Positions 1 to 17,203 of a stretch of 64,000 nt of DNA are shown one piece after another. The translations under genes and the position numbers were made by a program. Below the pieces are notes generated by a model that was not told the origin of the DNA, made no database searches, and was given only the letters and a program-made list of their open reading frames with translations. Each line of letters starts with the position of its first letter. Within the stretch, counting starts at the first letter, position 1. This DNA is from Dictyostelium discoideum (taxonomy: Eukaryota): contig CM000153.2 in the NCBI GenBank assembly GCA_000004695.1, positions 480,001-544,000 on the forward strand. The letters are read 5' to 3'.

Positions 1-41
1 AAATTATTAAAATTTTTAAAACCTTTTTTTAAAACAAAGCC

Positions 42-364
42 ATGACATCTCAAAATTGGAAAAATTGTTTTAATAAAAAAGCAATTGAGGTTATTGAAAT
101 TCATAGATCTCAGGAAACAATCACTGTTGAAACAGTAAATAATGAAGATAAAATCAAGAATAATATTTCAAAACCCAAAATTAAAGTACATAAAAAACCA
201 ATAATTAAATCAATTTCAAAGTTAAAATTACAACCAAAATTTTCGTAAGTAAAAACATTTTAAATTCTTTTTTTTTTTTTTTTTTTTTCATGAAAAAAAA
301 CATTTTAAATTCTTTTTTTTTTTAATTTTTTTTTATTTATTTTTTTTTTATTATTATTACTATA

Positions 365-397
<33 letters not shown>

Positions 398-401
398 TTT
401 A

Positions 402-439
<38 letters not shown>

Positions 440-496
440 TTATTATTATTTGTATTATTTTTTAATAAAAAAATAATTTAAAAAATTCTAATATTT

Positions 497-543
<47 letters not shown>

Positions 544-2423
544 AAGGAGATACAATGATATTATTGATTATTCAATTGATTTCAATTGTAATAAAAATTA
601 TTTCTTAAAACAAGATAAAGTTAGTGGTAATACTTTTATTCATGTTTTTTGTGAAAAAAGAGAATCAAAAATAAATTTAGAATCTGATATTGAAAATTTA
701 AAATGTTTGGGAAAGGAAACGATTGAAGCAAGGAATAATAATAAGGAAATTGCACTATTTTCAACTTTAAAAAACCAATGCCTTGGTTTAAAAATAATGC
801 ATGAATTAATTTCAAGAAATGTTATGTTCATTGATGATAATGGTAAAGATGAGTTACTAGTAAAATGTTTAGAAGAGGGTAGAGTTGATATGGTGAAATA
901 TTTAATTACCGTTGATATTAATTTGATCTCAAAATTAAAGAGAATATGCCAAATTACCCAATTAAGCCTAGAAACACTTCAATTTGTCGAATTAATTAAT
1001 TCAGAATATGAAAAAATCGTAGAAATTGGTTTAAAATCTGCAGGTAGAGAATACATTAAATTGTTTTTCATTCAATTTATTTTGGGTAATTTTTCAAAAG
1101 AATCAATCATCCAAACAATTGATGAATATAAATTACCACCAATTCCAAAAGAAATTGAAGATTTTTTCTTTGTTTATAATTATCAAATGTGTGACTTTGT
1201 TAAATTAACTGAAATCAAACCACGTTACCTCAATGAAATTTCTAAAATAAATATCTATCCAATTGGTCAAGTCTCCATTGAAAGAAGAAATGAACTCGGT
1301 CGTGGTGGTAATGGTACCGTTTATTCAGGTGTATTAAAAGAGATTGATAGTCAAGGTAATGAAATTTCAATACCAGTTGCAATCAAAATACCAACTCAAT
1401 TCTATAAATCAAAATTGGTTGAAGTATATAAAGAGTTGGCTATTCATCAAAAGATTAATGGTATTTGTGGTCCAAAGTTATTTGGATGCGTAAAGTTAAA
1501 TGTTGGATTTGGTATTATAATTGAAAGATTTGATTGTAGTTTACATGACTATATTCAAAATAATAATATCGATTTCGATTTATTTTTTGAATTGGCTCTT
1601 AAAATGGTTATAACAATTAGAAATCTACACAAATGTCATTTAAATGAAATATTCCATCGTGATATTAAACCACACAACTGGTTAGTATGTATATTATTTT
1701 AATACTTTTTCATTTTTCATTTTAATATTATAATTTAATTTAACTCTTTGTATTTTTATTTATTTATTTTAGGTTAAAAAAACTAAAGATGAATTGGTGG
1801 TCGTTTTATCTGATTTTGGTTTATCAAGAGAGAATAGTGAAACAAATGAAAATACTCTTCAGAAATATAGAGGAACATCAGTATTTATTCCACCAGAATT
1901 AAATGATAATATCTTATATAATGAAAAATCAGATATATACTCTTTGGGTGTATCATTTATGATGTTGCTTTATAAAGTTGTTTATGGCAAAATGGAAAAC
2001 CCATTTTATGAATTCAAAATTTCAAAAATGGAATACTTCAAAACAGTTGTTGCTTTAGAGAACTTTTTAGTACCAATTGTACCAACATTTTTACCTGATT
2101 CTTTTAAAGAGTTCTTGTTCTCAACAATGAATAGAATCTATACATGTCGTCCAAATTCTGAAGAATGTGTAGAAAGACTCATAACACTAAAGACTGAATA
2201 TGAAAATGATAAAACCAAATGGCAAGTAAATAGTGCTATTATACAAAAAGAAAAATCATTACTCACTGATTCAATAATTTCACAACAATTGAAATTAATG
2301 AACCAAGTTAAAAAATTTGTTCAAGAAAATGATAAATTCGTTTTTTTGAAGAAAACAAAATTATTTTTTTCAGAATCTGAAATTAAACAATATCTTTTGT
2401 CAATAATAAAATGTCAAGAATGA
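42..2423 (+). CDS. Ankyrin-repeat protein kinase (TKL-like), 3 exons: 42..244, 547..1684, 1773..2423 (663 aa)
   Basis: The Gly-loop GRGGNGTVYSG, catalytic loop HRDIKPHNWL and DFGLSRE motifs are present, with ankyrin-like repeats N-terminal to the kinase domain. The donor of intron 1 is GTAAGT at 245 and the acceptor is AG at 545-546, giving phase 2. Intron 2 runs 1685..1772 (GTATGT...TTTTAG) and splits the codon after HNWL. The exon lengths sum to 1992 nt, which is 664 codons. Confidence 0.7.
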
Positions 2424-2874
2424 AAACTTTAAATAAAATTTTTTAAAAAATAAAGAAAAGAATTAATAATTAGATTATTATTGTTTTAATTTTTTTATTT
2501 TTTTTTTTTTTTTTATAATTAACTGTTATCAAATTCTGGTTTTTCAAAATAAAATAATTCTTTCTTTTTATACAATTGCTTTTAATTCATCTATAAATCT
2601 AATTTGTGATCTAGTTGATTCTAGTTTTAAATAGCTAAATTGGTAATCTAAGAAAGTTGATTCTTTATTTTTTTTTATTTTTTTATTGAACACCAAAGTT
2701 ATATCTTTTTTTTATTTTTTGAGTTTTATCTTTTAACTTTTTTTATTTTTTGAATTTCTTTTTTTTGTAATATTTTATATTGGAATGCTAATAATTATGA
2801 ATTACTTCTTTAAAATATTTTAAAGAAGAGCAATATTTTATTTTATTATTATTATTATATTAATTATTTTTTTT

Positions 2875-3700
2875 ATTATTTGATGAGCAAGCCACATCAT
2901 TGTTATTATTATTACTAATATTATTATTATTGGTTTTATTATTATTTGATGAGCAAGCTACATCATTGTTTTTATTATTACTAATTATTATTATTGATTT
3001 TATTATTATTATTTGATGAGCAAGCAACATCACCGATAGTATTATTGTTGTTATTATTACTACTATTAATATTATTGGTTTTATTATTATTAATTGATGA
3101 ACGAGCTAAATCATTATTGGTTTTATTATTATTTGATGAGCAAGCTACATCATTTTTATTATTATTACTAATATTATTATTATTATTGATTTTATTATTA
3201 TTTGATGAGCAAGCTACATCTTTGTTATTATTATTACTAATATTATTATTATTGATTTTATTATTATTTGACGAGCAAGCTACATCATTGTTTTTATTAT
3301 TACTAATATTATTATTATTGATTTTATTATTATTTGATGAGCAAGCAACATCATTGTTATTATTATTACTAATATTATTATTATTGGTTTTATTATTAAT
3401 TGATGAGCAAGCTACATTATTGTTATTATTATTACTAATATTATTATTATTATAATTGGTTTTATTATTATTTGATGAGCAAGCTACATCATTGTTATTA
3501 TTATTACTAATATTATTATTATTGATTTTATTATTTGATGAAAAAGCAACATCGCCGATAGTATTATTGTTGTTATTATTACTATTAATGATAGTGTTAC
3601 TGTTACTATCACTACTATTATTAATTGATGAACAAGCTAAATCATTGTTGTTATTATTTTTATTTTTGGAATTTCTATTTCTAAGGTTATTATTTTTTGG
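2875..3700 (-). repeat. Coding minisatellite of about 12 copies of a roughly 66-bp unit encoding DVACSSNNNKINNNNISNNNNN; the array continues past the stop codon
   Basis: The core tgatgagcaagctacatc (the reverse complement encodes D-V-A-C-S-S) recurs on the plus strand at about 2882, 2948, 3015, 3096, 3144, 3207, 3270, 3335, 3401, 3475, 3537 and 3627. The stop TAG at 2983..2981 lies inside the array, and two further degenerate copies sit at 2875-2980. Confidence 0.85.
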
Positions 3701-6413
3701 AATTCTTAATGGATCTTCAGCCATTATAATATTGTCATACATATCCAAAAAAATCATTCTTTGATTATTATAAACTTCCCTCGTTTGTAAATATTCATCT
3801 CCTTTTGTAGAATGATTGTTTTCTACATTTTCAATTATTCTTTCCCTTTTAATTGACATAAAGAAACGTTCTGGTATTTTAAAGAAAATAATTAAAAAAA
3901 TAAATAATAGTGGTGCAAAAATTATTGTAACTAATGATATTACAATTTTTTTCCAATCTACTCGAGAACTTTCTTCTTGAGATTTGGTGTTATTGTTGAT
4001 ATATATATATTCTTTTTCTGAAATATTTTGGAATATTAAATTATACCTAGAGATATGAACTATTTGATTTGAAGTGACATTAATTTCAAATGTTGAGTTT
4101 ATTCTAGGTAAAAAGAAATTTAGCAATATATCATTTGCAATTGCACAACCTATTTCTGTTGAAAAACTATATGATATTGTGCATCTTTTCTGGCCATCAA
4201 TTATGAGACTTGTTTTTAGTGGATAAAAATTGAAACCGGATAGAGCTAATACCCAATGGTCCTTTTGATAATTGCTTATTGTGCCAACTTTATTTATTGT
4301 TGGTCCATTAAATGTTATATTAAAACTAATTGATTGATCCATTGAATTAATAATGCATTGTTCAACATGAGGACAAAAGTAATCTTCACTTTGACATGTG
4401 GAATCACATGAAAAAGAAGAATGATTTAAATATGTACAACCAAATTTATAATTACCACATTCAAGAGAAACATTTTGTTTTGAATGAAAATTTTCTCCAT
4501 CTATAAACACTATACTACCATTATTATCAAATGGTTTTGAAATTGCACCCTTAATGGTAGGTTTAATGGTTAATTCATATGGATCAGAAATAATACCACA
4601 ACAACAGATTGTAATTAGGTCACTTGTAAAATATGGTTCCTTTTTGGTTGTAATTTCATTGGAACTTATTTTTATTGGAGAAAGTGATTGGTTCGAGAAT
4701 GTAATAAATGTATTATTATAAAAGCCATAATTGTTAAATTCACCAGTACAGATTATGAATTCATCCTTTGTGTAACATGATTCTATAATTGGTTTTTTAT
4801 AATTAAATGTTGATTGGTATGATTTATTTTCAAAATTTATATTGTAACCTTTTTTACCACAACCTGGCACAATGAAAAACGAATAATCTAAATCATTTGA
4901 ATTTTTACCAATGAGTGTTCCCGTTGATTTAAATTCATCACCAAAATCTGAATAGATTGATAGTATCGGATTTTCTTTATTTTCATCATAACTTGAATTA
5001 AAAAATTTAACAATGCAATTTGATCCATTTACCATTGGTTGAGTAACAAACTTAGTTATGAATGATAAGCCAATAAAATAACTGTTTGATTGTTTTTCAT
5101 AAGATTTCACCGATATATTAATATAGGACATTGCTTCTGGAATGGTGAATGACATAACAGTCTCATTATCATTAATTTGAAGGTTTTGTAAACTAATTGG
5201 GATTTTATCATTAAATATAGTTACTGATCCTACTTCACCAAGACATTGGCCATATATTGTCAAGACACCATTGGAAATACTATAAGATGAAATAAGCGTT
5301 GAGTCATAGTTGAAATATATTTTGTTTTGGTTGGTAATACCATCTATGTTTACGGTAACTGGTAAGTTGTTATCTAAAATTCTATGAGCCATATAACAAG
5401 TAATATTATTTGGTGAAAGTGTAATAATTGAACATGGGTAATCTCCTATTTTAACCTCTGCTATAATAATTGAAGAATTCGATGTTAATCTTTCTCCATT
5501 GATATTAATTGTAGCATTTTTGTTTCTTGGAATACTATTAATTGAATTTAATACTGGAGGATATACTAAATCCATTTTATTTGAAGGTACTTTACTTGCA
5601 ATTAATTGAATTGTAAATGAAGTACAAAAGAATTCTGAATATTCAAAAATAAATTCAATATATTCATGATCATTTTTAATAATTTGTTCATTTTTAATTT
5701 TTTGATTGTTGATTAAAATTTCTTTTGGATACATTTCAGTACAGAAATTAGAGCCAATTAGTGTCACAGTTTTTTTATTTATTTCTACTTTTTCTATATA
5801 TGGATTTTGGTATGATGAATTATAAACAAACGAAAGACCAAAAATTTTAAAAAATCCACAACCACTTGGAAAAATCATTAAATATTCAGAACCGTTTTTT
5901 CCATTTGGAGATATCAAAAAATCGATTTTTTCATAATCATTTTGGAAAAGAGCGTTCTGATTTGTTGTTAATAAAAAATATGTAATATTGGATTGAAAAC
6001 TACCTCCTTTAGTTTCTGGTTTTAATTCTGGTTCAAAAATTGGTAAGATATTTGAAAAAATCCCTGGAAACTGTATACCATCTGCTGTTTTTTTTTCAGT
6101 TTGTTCACTTCCGAAAGCATGAAATTTAAAATTGTTATCAGTAGTTAAATTACACATCCTTAAATCACCATCAATATTACAATTGTAGTTGTATTCAAAA
6201 ATATCTACATTTTTTTCTTTGAATATATATTTGGAAATGTAAGATTCATTTACTTGATAAAAAAGTGTAATATATTCTTTATCTATTATATCTGTAAAAA
6301 AAATTTAAAATTAATATTTTACTTTTAATATTGATTAATCTAATTAATTACATACTCTCAAGAATTGAATATACTATTGTTATTAATAAAATTATTAACA
6401 AATAATATTTCAT
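2981..6413 (-). CDS. TgrB-like IPT/TIG-domain single-pass membrane protein (pair 1): exon 1 6356..6413 (signal peptide), exon 2 2981..6291; about 1122 aa
   Basis: The protein carries the signal peptide MKYYLLIILLITIVYSILE, followed by a phase-1 intron 6292..6355 (GTATGT donor). The ectodomain contains TIG-like motifs (FEPELKPETKGG, IPRNKNATININGERLTSNSS). The transmembrane segment is ISLVTIIFAPLLFIFLIIFF, and the cytoplasmic tail is built from DVACSS/poly-N repeats. It is a paralog of the gene at 38010-41263 and is divergently oriented to the TgrC-like gene at 7136. The family assignment comes from sequence resemblance to Dictyostelium Tgr (IPT/TIG) proteins. Confidence 0.75.
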
Positions 6414-7135
<722 letters not shown>

Positions 7136-9776
7136 ATGAAAATAATTTTAATTTCTTTACTTTTTTATTTATTTTCATTTGCTATTTCTTATGATGATGT
7201 CATTCCTTTGGGTAAATTGTTTTTATCATTTTTTTCATATCTCTTTTTTTTAATTTATTAATTATTTATTAATTATTTTTTTAGGTTATGAAAGTCACAA
7301 TGATTCTCTTGTGATTAGATATCGTGAAAGAGAAAATTATTATACAAATATTTCATTTTTATGGAATGGTAAAAGTCGTTATGATATGAGTTTTAATTGT
7401 GTTTTAAATAATACAATTAGAACTTGTACTTTACCAGTGAAAGAATCTGATCATGCCCAAATGTATTCAGAGAAAATATCTGCATGTACAGAAAATAATG
7501 GTACTTTTAAAAGGTGTGGTTATGATGTTGAGTTATTTTATTTTCCAAGTCCATTTTTAATTTCAGAGTTTAAACCAAAAACACGAGGTGGAAATACAAC
7601 ATTAAGTGGTTATTATTTAGAGTTAAAAGAAAGAATTTATGTTCCATTTGAAAGTCACTATAAAGATGATCAGTTTTATTATGCTGTAGAAGTATATACA
7701 ATTCCAGGTAAGTTTCAATCAAAAACACCAGATAGAATAAATTTAGTTTTAAAAGTTTTTCCAGGTTGTGGATACAGAACAATTATTTGGGAGAATCGTG
7801 AAAGATTAAATTTTACATATCAAGAGCCAAACATTGAAAAAATTGATATTAATCAATCATTTCTTGATATAACTGGTACAAATTTCTACAATCAATCAAT
7901 TTTGGTTTCTGTTAAAATTGATAATAATATTATTGATCCAAATGATATTATTTCAGTTGATTTTGAAATTATTAAATTAAAATTTAATTATTCAGATCCA
8001 TTCTCATCAAAATTGAATGTTCAAGTCGGTTGTTGTGATTATTGGTCAAATCAATTTCAAATTACATATCCACCAATTCCAATAAGTTCAAATAGTATTC
8101 CAAAATTAAAAGGTGGTTTATTAATAATCAATGGTAATAGATTAACTTCATCACCATCATTATCTAATAATATTAATATTTCAGTAACAGTTGGTGATTC
8201 AATTTGTTCAATTGTTTCGTCATCTTCAAATGAAATTAAATGTAATTTACAACCAATATCAAATTCAACATTTAATAATTCATCACCAATTGCTGTATCA
8301 ATAAATGGGGTTGTAAATACAAATACATTATTATTAAATTATGATATTCCATATATTACAACATTCTCTCAAGTAAATGATGAAATTCATATAATTGGTG
8401 GTTGTTTTGGTAATATTAATTCAACTCAAATTCATATCAATGATAAACAAGTTTCTGGCCAAATTAAATCAATTAATAATGATGAAACAATTTTAATATT
8501 AAAAATACAAAATCAAATTTATAATTTCAATCTTTCAATCGAATCAAATTCAATCAAATCAAATGGAATCAATGTAGATGTAAAATTGTATGCAAGTATA
8601 AATGAAATTCCATTGGTTGCTAATAAATTAATTAATTTTACATTATTTTATGTAAATTCAAGTAATATTAATTTAATACCAACAATTAAAATAATTAATG
8701 AAAAATCAAATCAAACAAGTAAATCAATTTCAACCAATGTAAATGAAAGTGTTGTATCATGTTCATTTTTAATTGAAAATAATTGTGGTATTATTAATTA
8801 TGAAATTGAAATTGGTAATCAAATATATCAATCATCATTTTCATATGAATCACCATTGATTAATAAATGTAATTTAAATTCAAATGAAATTGTTACTTGT
8901 ATTTGTAAAGGTTTTGTAAATAAATATAATGAAACAAGTATTTTTATTTCAAATCAATCAATAGCCCTTAGTAAAGAAATTAATAATAGTAGTTATGAAT
9001 CAATATCATTTCAAATGAAAGATGAGTATAATATTCTTGGTGAATTGTATTTAAATGTATGTGGTTTATTATCAAATAAAGTAATTATTAATACATTTCC
9101 AATTTTTAAAAATGTATCGATTCCTAACTTGTTTGGTACAAATGGTGGTAATATCATTATTATTGGTAAATATTTAAATAATAATACAAATATTACAATT
9201 GAATGTAATGGTGAACAAATTATTATAGAAAAAGAATGTAAATTAAAAAATAGTAGTACATCATTAGAATGCAACATTAATTTAAATGGTCCAAATGATA
9301 AAACTTGTAAATTATTATTTAATAATGATAATAGTATAGTATCAACATTTAATTTAATATACAAATCACCATCAATTAATCAAACCAGTATAATTAATTT
9401 AAAACAAGGAGGTATTTTAACAATTATTGGTAATGATTTCTATTATCCAATTGATAAAGTTACAATAATTGGTAATGGTAATGGTAGTGGTAATAGTAGT
9501 AGTTTAAATTGTAATGAAGCAAAGTATATTAATGATACAATTATAACATGTTTTATTCAAGCAACTAATTATACATTTAATAATATTAAAAATGGTGAAA
9601 TGATATTTATCAATGTTTCAACCAATGGTAAAAGTGGTATATCAAAAGTATTCAAATATTTAACTCAATCTGATGATATCCATCAATACTCTGATGCTAG
9701 AAATATCTTTCAAAATCTATTATTATCAATTTTAATCATATTAATCATTTCATTATTATTCATTTCAAATCTTTAA
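7136..9776 (+). CDS. TgrC-like IPT/TIG-domain cell-surface protein (pair 1): exons 7136..7211, 7285..9776 (855 aa)
   Basis: The signal peptide is MKIILISLLFYLFSFAIS, and a phase-1 intron follows it (GTAAAT donor at 7212, TTTTTAG acceptor ending at 7284). The ectodomain has FPSPFLISEFKPKTRGGNTTLSGYYLEL and IPKLKGGLLIINGNRLTSS motifs and many N-glycosylation sequons. The protein ends in the hydrophobic stretch LLLSILIILIISLLFISNL with no cytoplasmic tail, so it may be either GPI-anchored or a transmembrane protein. Confidence 0.75.
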
Positions 9777-9845
9777 AAAAAAACCATAAATTAATAAATA
9801 AATACATTAATAGTTTAAAAATTTTTTTTTTTTTTATTTATAATT

Positions 9846-9881
<36 letters not shown>

Positions 9882-10973
9882 GTATTTGGAAATTCGATTA
9901 ATCCACTTAATAGATTGTTCGTTATTTATTTTTATCATTCGTTGTATTTTCGGATAGTGACCAGGTGGATGAATGGCAAAAAAGCACGACAATAAACAGA
10001 AATTTATAACTCTTTAATGATCATTTTCAAAACTATCAGATGCCCAGACTACAGCTTTTATTCTCGTGATTAATCAACAAAGTTATCAATACATTCTTTA
10101 ATTTCATCAATAAGTGATTTGGAAAACTTAATTTGTTTTCTTTTTTGGTTTACTCATATCTTTTTAATTTGATTATTTTGATTAATTTATGGTGAATTTG
10201 TCAATAATTTTGTTTATTATTGTTTCTGTTGCACCTAAGAACAAAAGTACAATTTATTGTGGGTAGTGATGATGATATTGTTGCAAATTAAATTTAGCAT
10301 AAAAAATATTAAATAATTTTTTCTCTAATACTTTCTTTTAAATTATTATTATTATCATTATTTATTGTTGTGGGGAATTTTTACAGCAAAATACACTATG
10401 TATAGGTAGTGAAAAAATTCATTAAAAATTTTTTTTTTTTTAATATTAAAAACTATTAATTTAACCAAAACAATAAAAAACTATTTATAAACAGTTATCC
10501 AATTGTTTTAAGATTAAATAACAATTTACTTTCAAATTTGCGCCAAAATTTTTTTTAACACTTTAATGATGAAATTTTTACATCCAACCACCCTCAAAAA
10601 ATATTGTATAATTATGATTTTTTTTTTTTAAATAGGAAAATTACCCATTCATTTTATTATGTGAGAAAAAGGGGTTTATTTTTTATTTTATTTAAAAGAT
10701 TTAAATATATGATATATACACATCCAACAATCAACAACCAGCAATATATATATAAATGGCAGATATTATCGTGCCAGTTTTTTAATTGTTTTTATTTTGT
10801 TTTCATAATTGAAGCATTAAAAAAAAAAAAAAAAAAAAATATATTTACAAAAAGGGATTTTTTTTTTTTTTCAGAATTCATTAGGTTCCTCAAATAAATT
10901 AATTTCTAAAATGTTATTCAGTATGTATTATTAAAATAAATAAATAATAAATGAACTATATAAACTAATAAAC

Positions 10974-11013
<40 letters not shown>

Positions 11014-11930
11014 ATTTAGAATCATTACAATCAATCTCAAGGGTTAGCTCAGTCCAAAAGAATCACATTTTGAAATTTTAAAAAAAAAAATTAAAGAGTT
11101 TGAAATAAGTTTATTTTGAGAAAAATGTGGTGTTTTTTTTTTAAAAAAAATATATTATTATCTAATATTTTAAATTTTCAAGGAATTTTATTTAATTCTA
11201 TTTTTAATTATTCATTATTATTTAAAATAATTTTTAAAACAAAAACAAATAGAATTATATTTAATTCTATTTTTAATTATTATTATTATTTTTTTATTTT
11301 TATTTTTTTATTTTTATTTTTTTTATTTTTATTTTTTTATTTTTTTTTGGTTATCATATTATTCAAACCACTAAAAGTTCTTTCAATATCAATAGTTGAT
11401 TGTGACAATCAAACAGATCTTTTGAAGTTCACAATTCTTTAGGTAAAAAGCCTTTTTTTTTTTTTTTTTTTTCTTTCTTTGACCAATTCATTAATTACAA
11501 TTTTATTATTTGATTTATTTAATTTTTAATACTTATATATTTGAAATTGGATATTAAAAAAAAAAAAAAAAAAAAAAAGTAAAATTTAAACGTTTGAACA
11601 GAAAATAAATTAAGATCAAAATTAATAAATTAAAGTAAAAGTTTTTTTTTTTTTTTTATGAATAATTATTTTTAATTATTGGTATGAAATTACAATAGCA
11701 ATAATTAACTTAATTATTAATTGTTTAAAGATTTTATTTATTATTTAAAATAATTTATTAAAAGTTTTATTCTTTGTTTATCGATTAAAAGATATATTGT
11801 TGTTGCTTAATTAATTATTTGTGAAAATTTTAAGTTGATTGTGTGGTAGTATTGATAAATTGTATAATGAAATATTAATATTTTAATATTGGTGATTATT
11901 TATTGATCTGTAACAATAGGTGGAAATTCT

Positions 11931-15564
<3,634 letters not shown>

Positions 15565-15899
15565 CTTTTAGTGATACGTAAAAAATTATTATTATAATTA
15601 ATTTTTTTTATTTTAAGAAATCTTTATATTTAATTTGTATTTATTTGTGTTTTTTATTTTTTTTTTTTATTTAATCTAATCTTTATGTATATTTTTTTTT
15701 TAATGTTTTTTTTTTTATTGGTATTTTTATTTTTATTTTTTTTTTTTGTTTTTATTCAATTTATTTTCTAAATTTATTATTTATTTATTTAAATTTATTT
15801 ATTTTTCAATTAATCCCAAACACCCAAACATGTCCTCATAAAAAAAAAAAAAATAAATAAAACAAAAGGAATTCTAGAAAAAAATAAAAAAAAAATAAA

Positions 15900-16430
15900 T
15901 TAAAAAATACACAATCACTACATTATTGTTATTTTGCACTTCGACACACTTGCACAATTTCTTAAAAAAAAAAACTAAAATTAAAAAAAAAAAACAAATA
16001 ATTAATTGCACTACTCAACCATATCATAGTGCAATTTTATTAAATTTTTTTTAAAAAAAAAAAAAGGTGAATAGAAAAAAAAAAAATACATCAAATTGGA
16101 AATGGAAAAAAAAAGAAATATAAAAATTAACACAAATACCACTACATTATATTTTTTTTTTTTTCTTACATCAACACACTTGAAAAATTATTTTTAAAAA
16201 AATGAATAAATAAAACACAACCACTATGATATAATTATGTGGGCGTAGATTTTGAGTGTATATATATAAAAATATAAAAAAAAAATTAAAAATTAAAAAA
16301 AAAATAAATGCACACATTAAATACGAAAACGGAAAAAAAAAAAAAATCACACAATCACCACTCTATTTTTGCACTTCACACACTTTTTAAAAATACACAA
16401 CCACCACCACAATATATAATTATAAAGTAA
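15900..16430. repeat. Three degenerate copies of a roughly 60-bp CA-rich element (ACACAATCAC..TTTTGCACTTC(G)ACACACTT)
   Basis: The copies lie at about 15908-15965, 16130-16200 and 16346-16425. They sit in the 1.6-kb intergenic region between the 5' end of the kinase gene at 15564 (minus strand) and the oxidase gene starting at 17204. Confidence 0.45.
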
Positions 16431-17203
16431 AAAAAAAAAAAGAATAAATTTATTTTTGTTTGTTTATTATAATTATTATTATTATTATTTTTATTTTTAT
16501 TATTATTATTATTTTTTTATTTTTTTATTTTTTTTTTTGTTTTTATTTATTTTTCAAACACCCAGATTATCTATAAATGGATAAAACCAATAATTGTATT
16601 TGTGTTATGTTGACAAAACTGCAGTACCTACCCCAAACCAAAAAAAAAAAAAAAAAAAAAAAAAAAATTCTCACATAGTTCAACATAACACTCTGCAAAT
16701 CTTGAGAAGTATATAAAAAAATAAAATAAAAATAAAAATAGTGGTTGTTCAATGTGATATGACGATGGTGGACAATTAAAAAAAAAAAAAAATTAAAAAA
16801 AAAATTAAAAAAAAAAAAAGTTTTTTTTTTTGAATATTTTTTGTTTTCCATTTTATGGTTTTGTTTTGCGAAATTCAGCTTTTTTAAAAAATGTTTTATA
16901 AAAACAATCAATGACAATAAATATTAATTTAAATAAATAATCTCACCCAACACTTTAAATAATATTTTTTTTTTTTTTTTTTTTTTAAATAAATTTTTTC
17001 ACAGGTTCAAATTTTTTTTTGTTTTTTTTTTTTTTCAATAAATTTTTTTAATCATTATTTCAAAAATGTGATTCTTTTTTTTTTTATTAAAATCTCAATG
17101 AAACGACATATAAAAAAATTGATATATTTTTTTTTTTTTTTTTTTTTTTTAATTTTTTAAGATTTTTTTTTTATTTTGATGTAAATAACTTTTTTATCAA
17201 AAA

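Noticed and set aside
2875-3700. Possible CRISPR array, based on regular ~66-bp tandem repeats
   Set aside because: The genome is eukaryotic (AT-rich Dictyostelium type, with spliceosomal introns). The repeats are in-frame coding units of a membrane-protein tail, and there are no unique spacers.
2994-3764. Plus-strand ORFs 2994..3455 and 3456..3764 (poly-Leu proteins)
   Set aside because: They are antisense translations of the DVACSS/poly-N minisatellite. The sequence is low complexity and has no independent gene signals.
7570-9364. Minus-strand ORFs 7570..7782 and 9011..9364, and the analogous 42595.., 43029.., 43962..
   Set aside because: They are antisense ORFs inside the TgrC-like coding regions.
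10604-11442. Small ORFs 10604..10897 and 11116..11442 in intergenic DNA
   Set aside because: They are poly-F/K/I low-complexity sequence in AT-rich spacer and have no domain or splice support.
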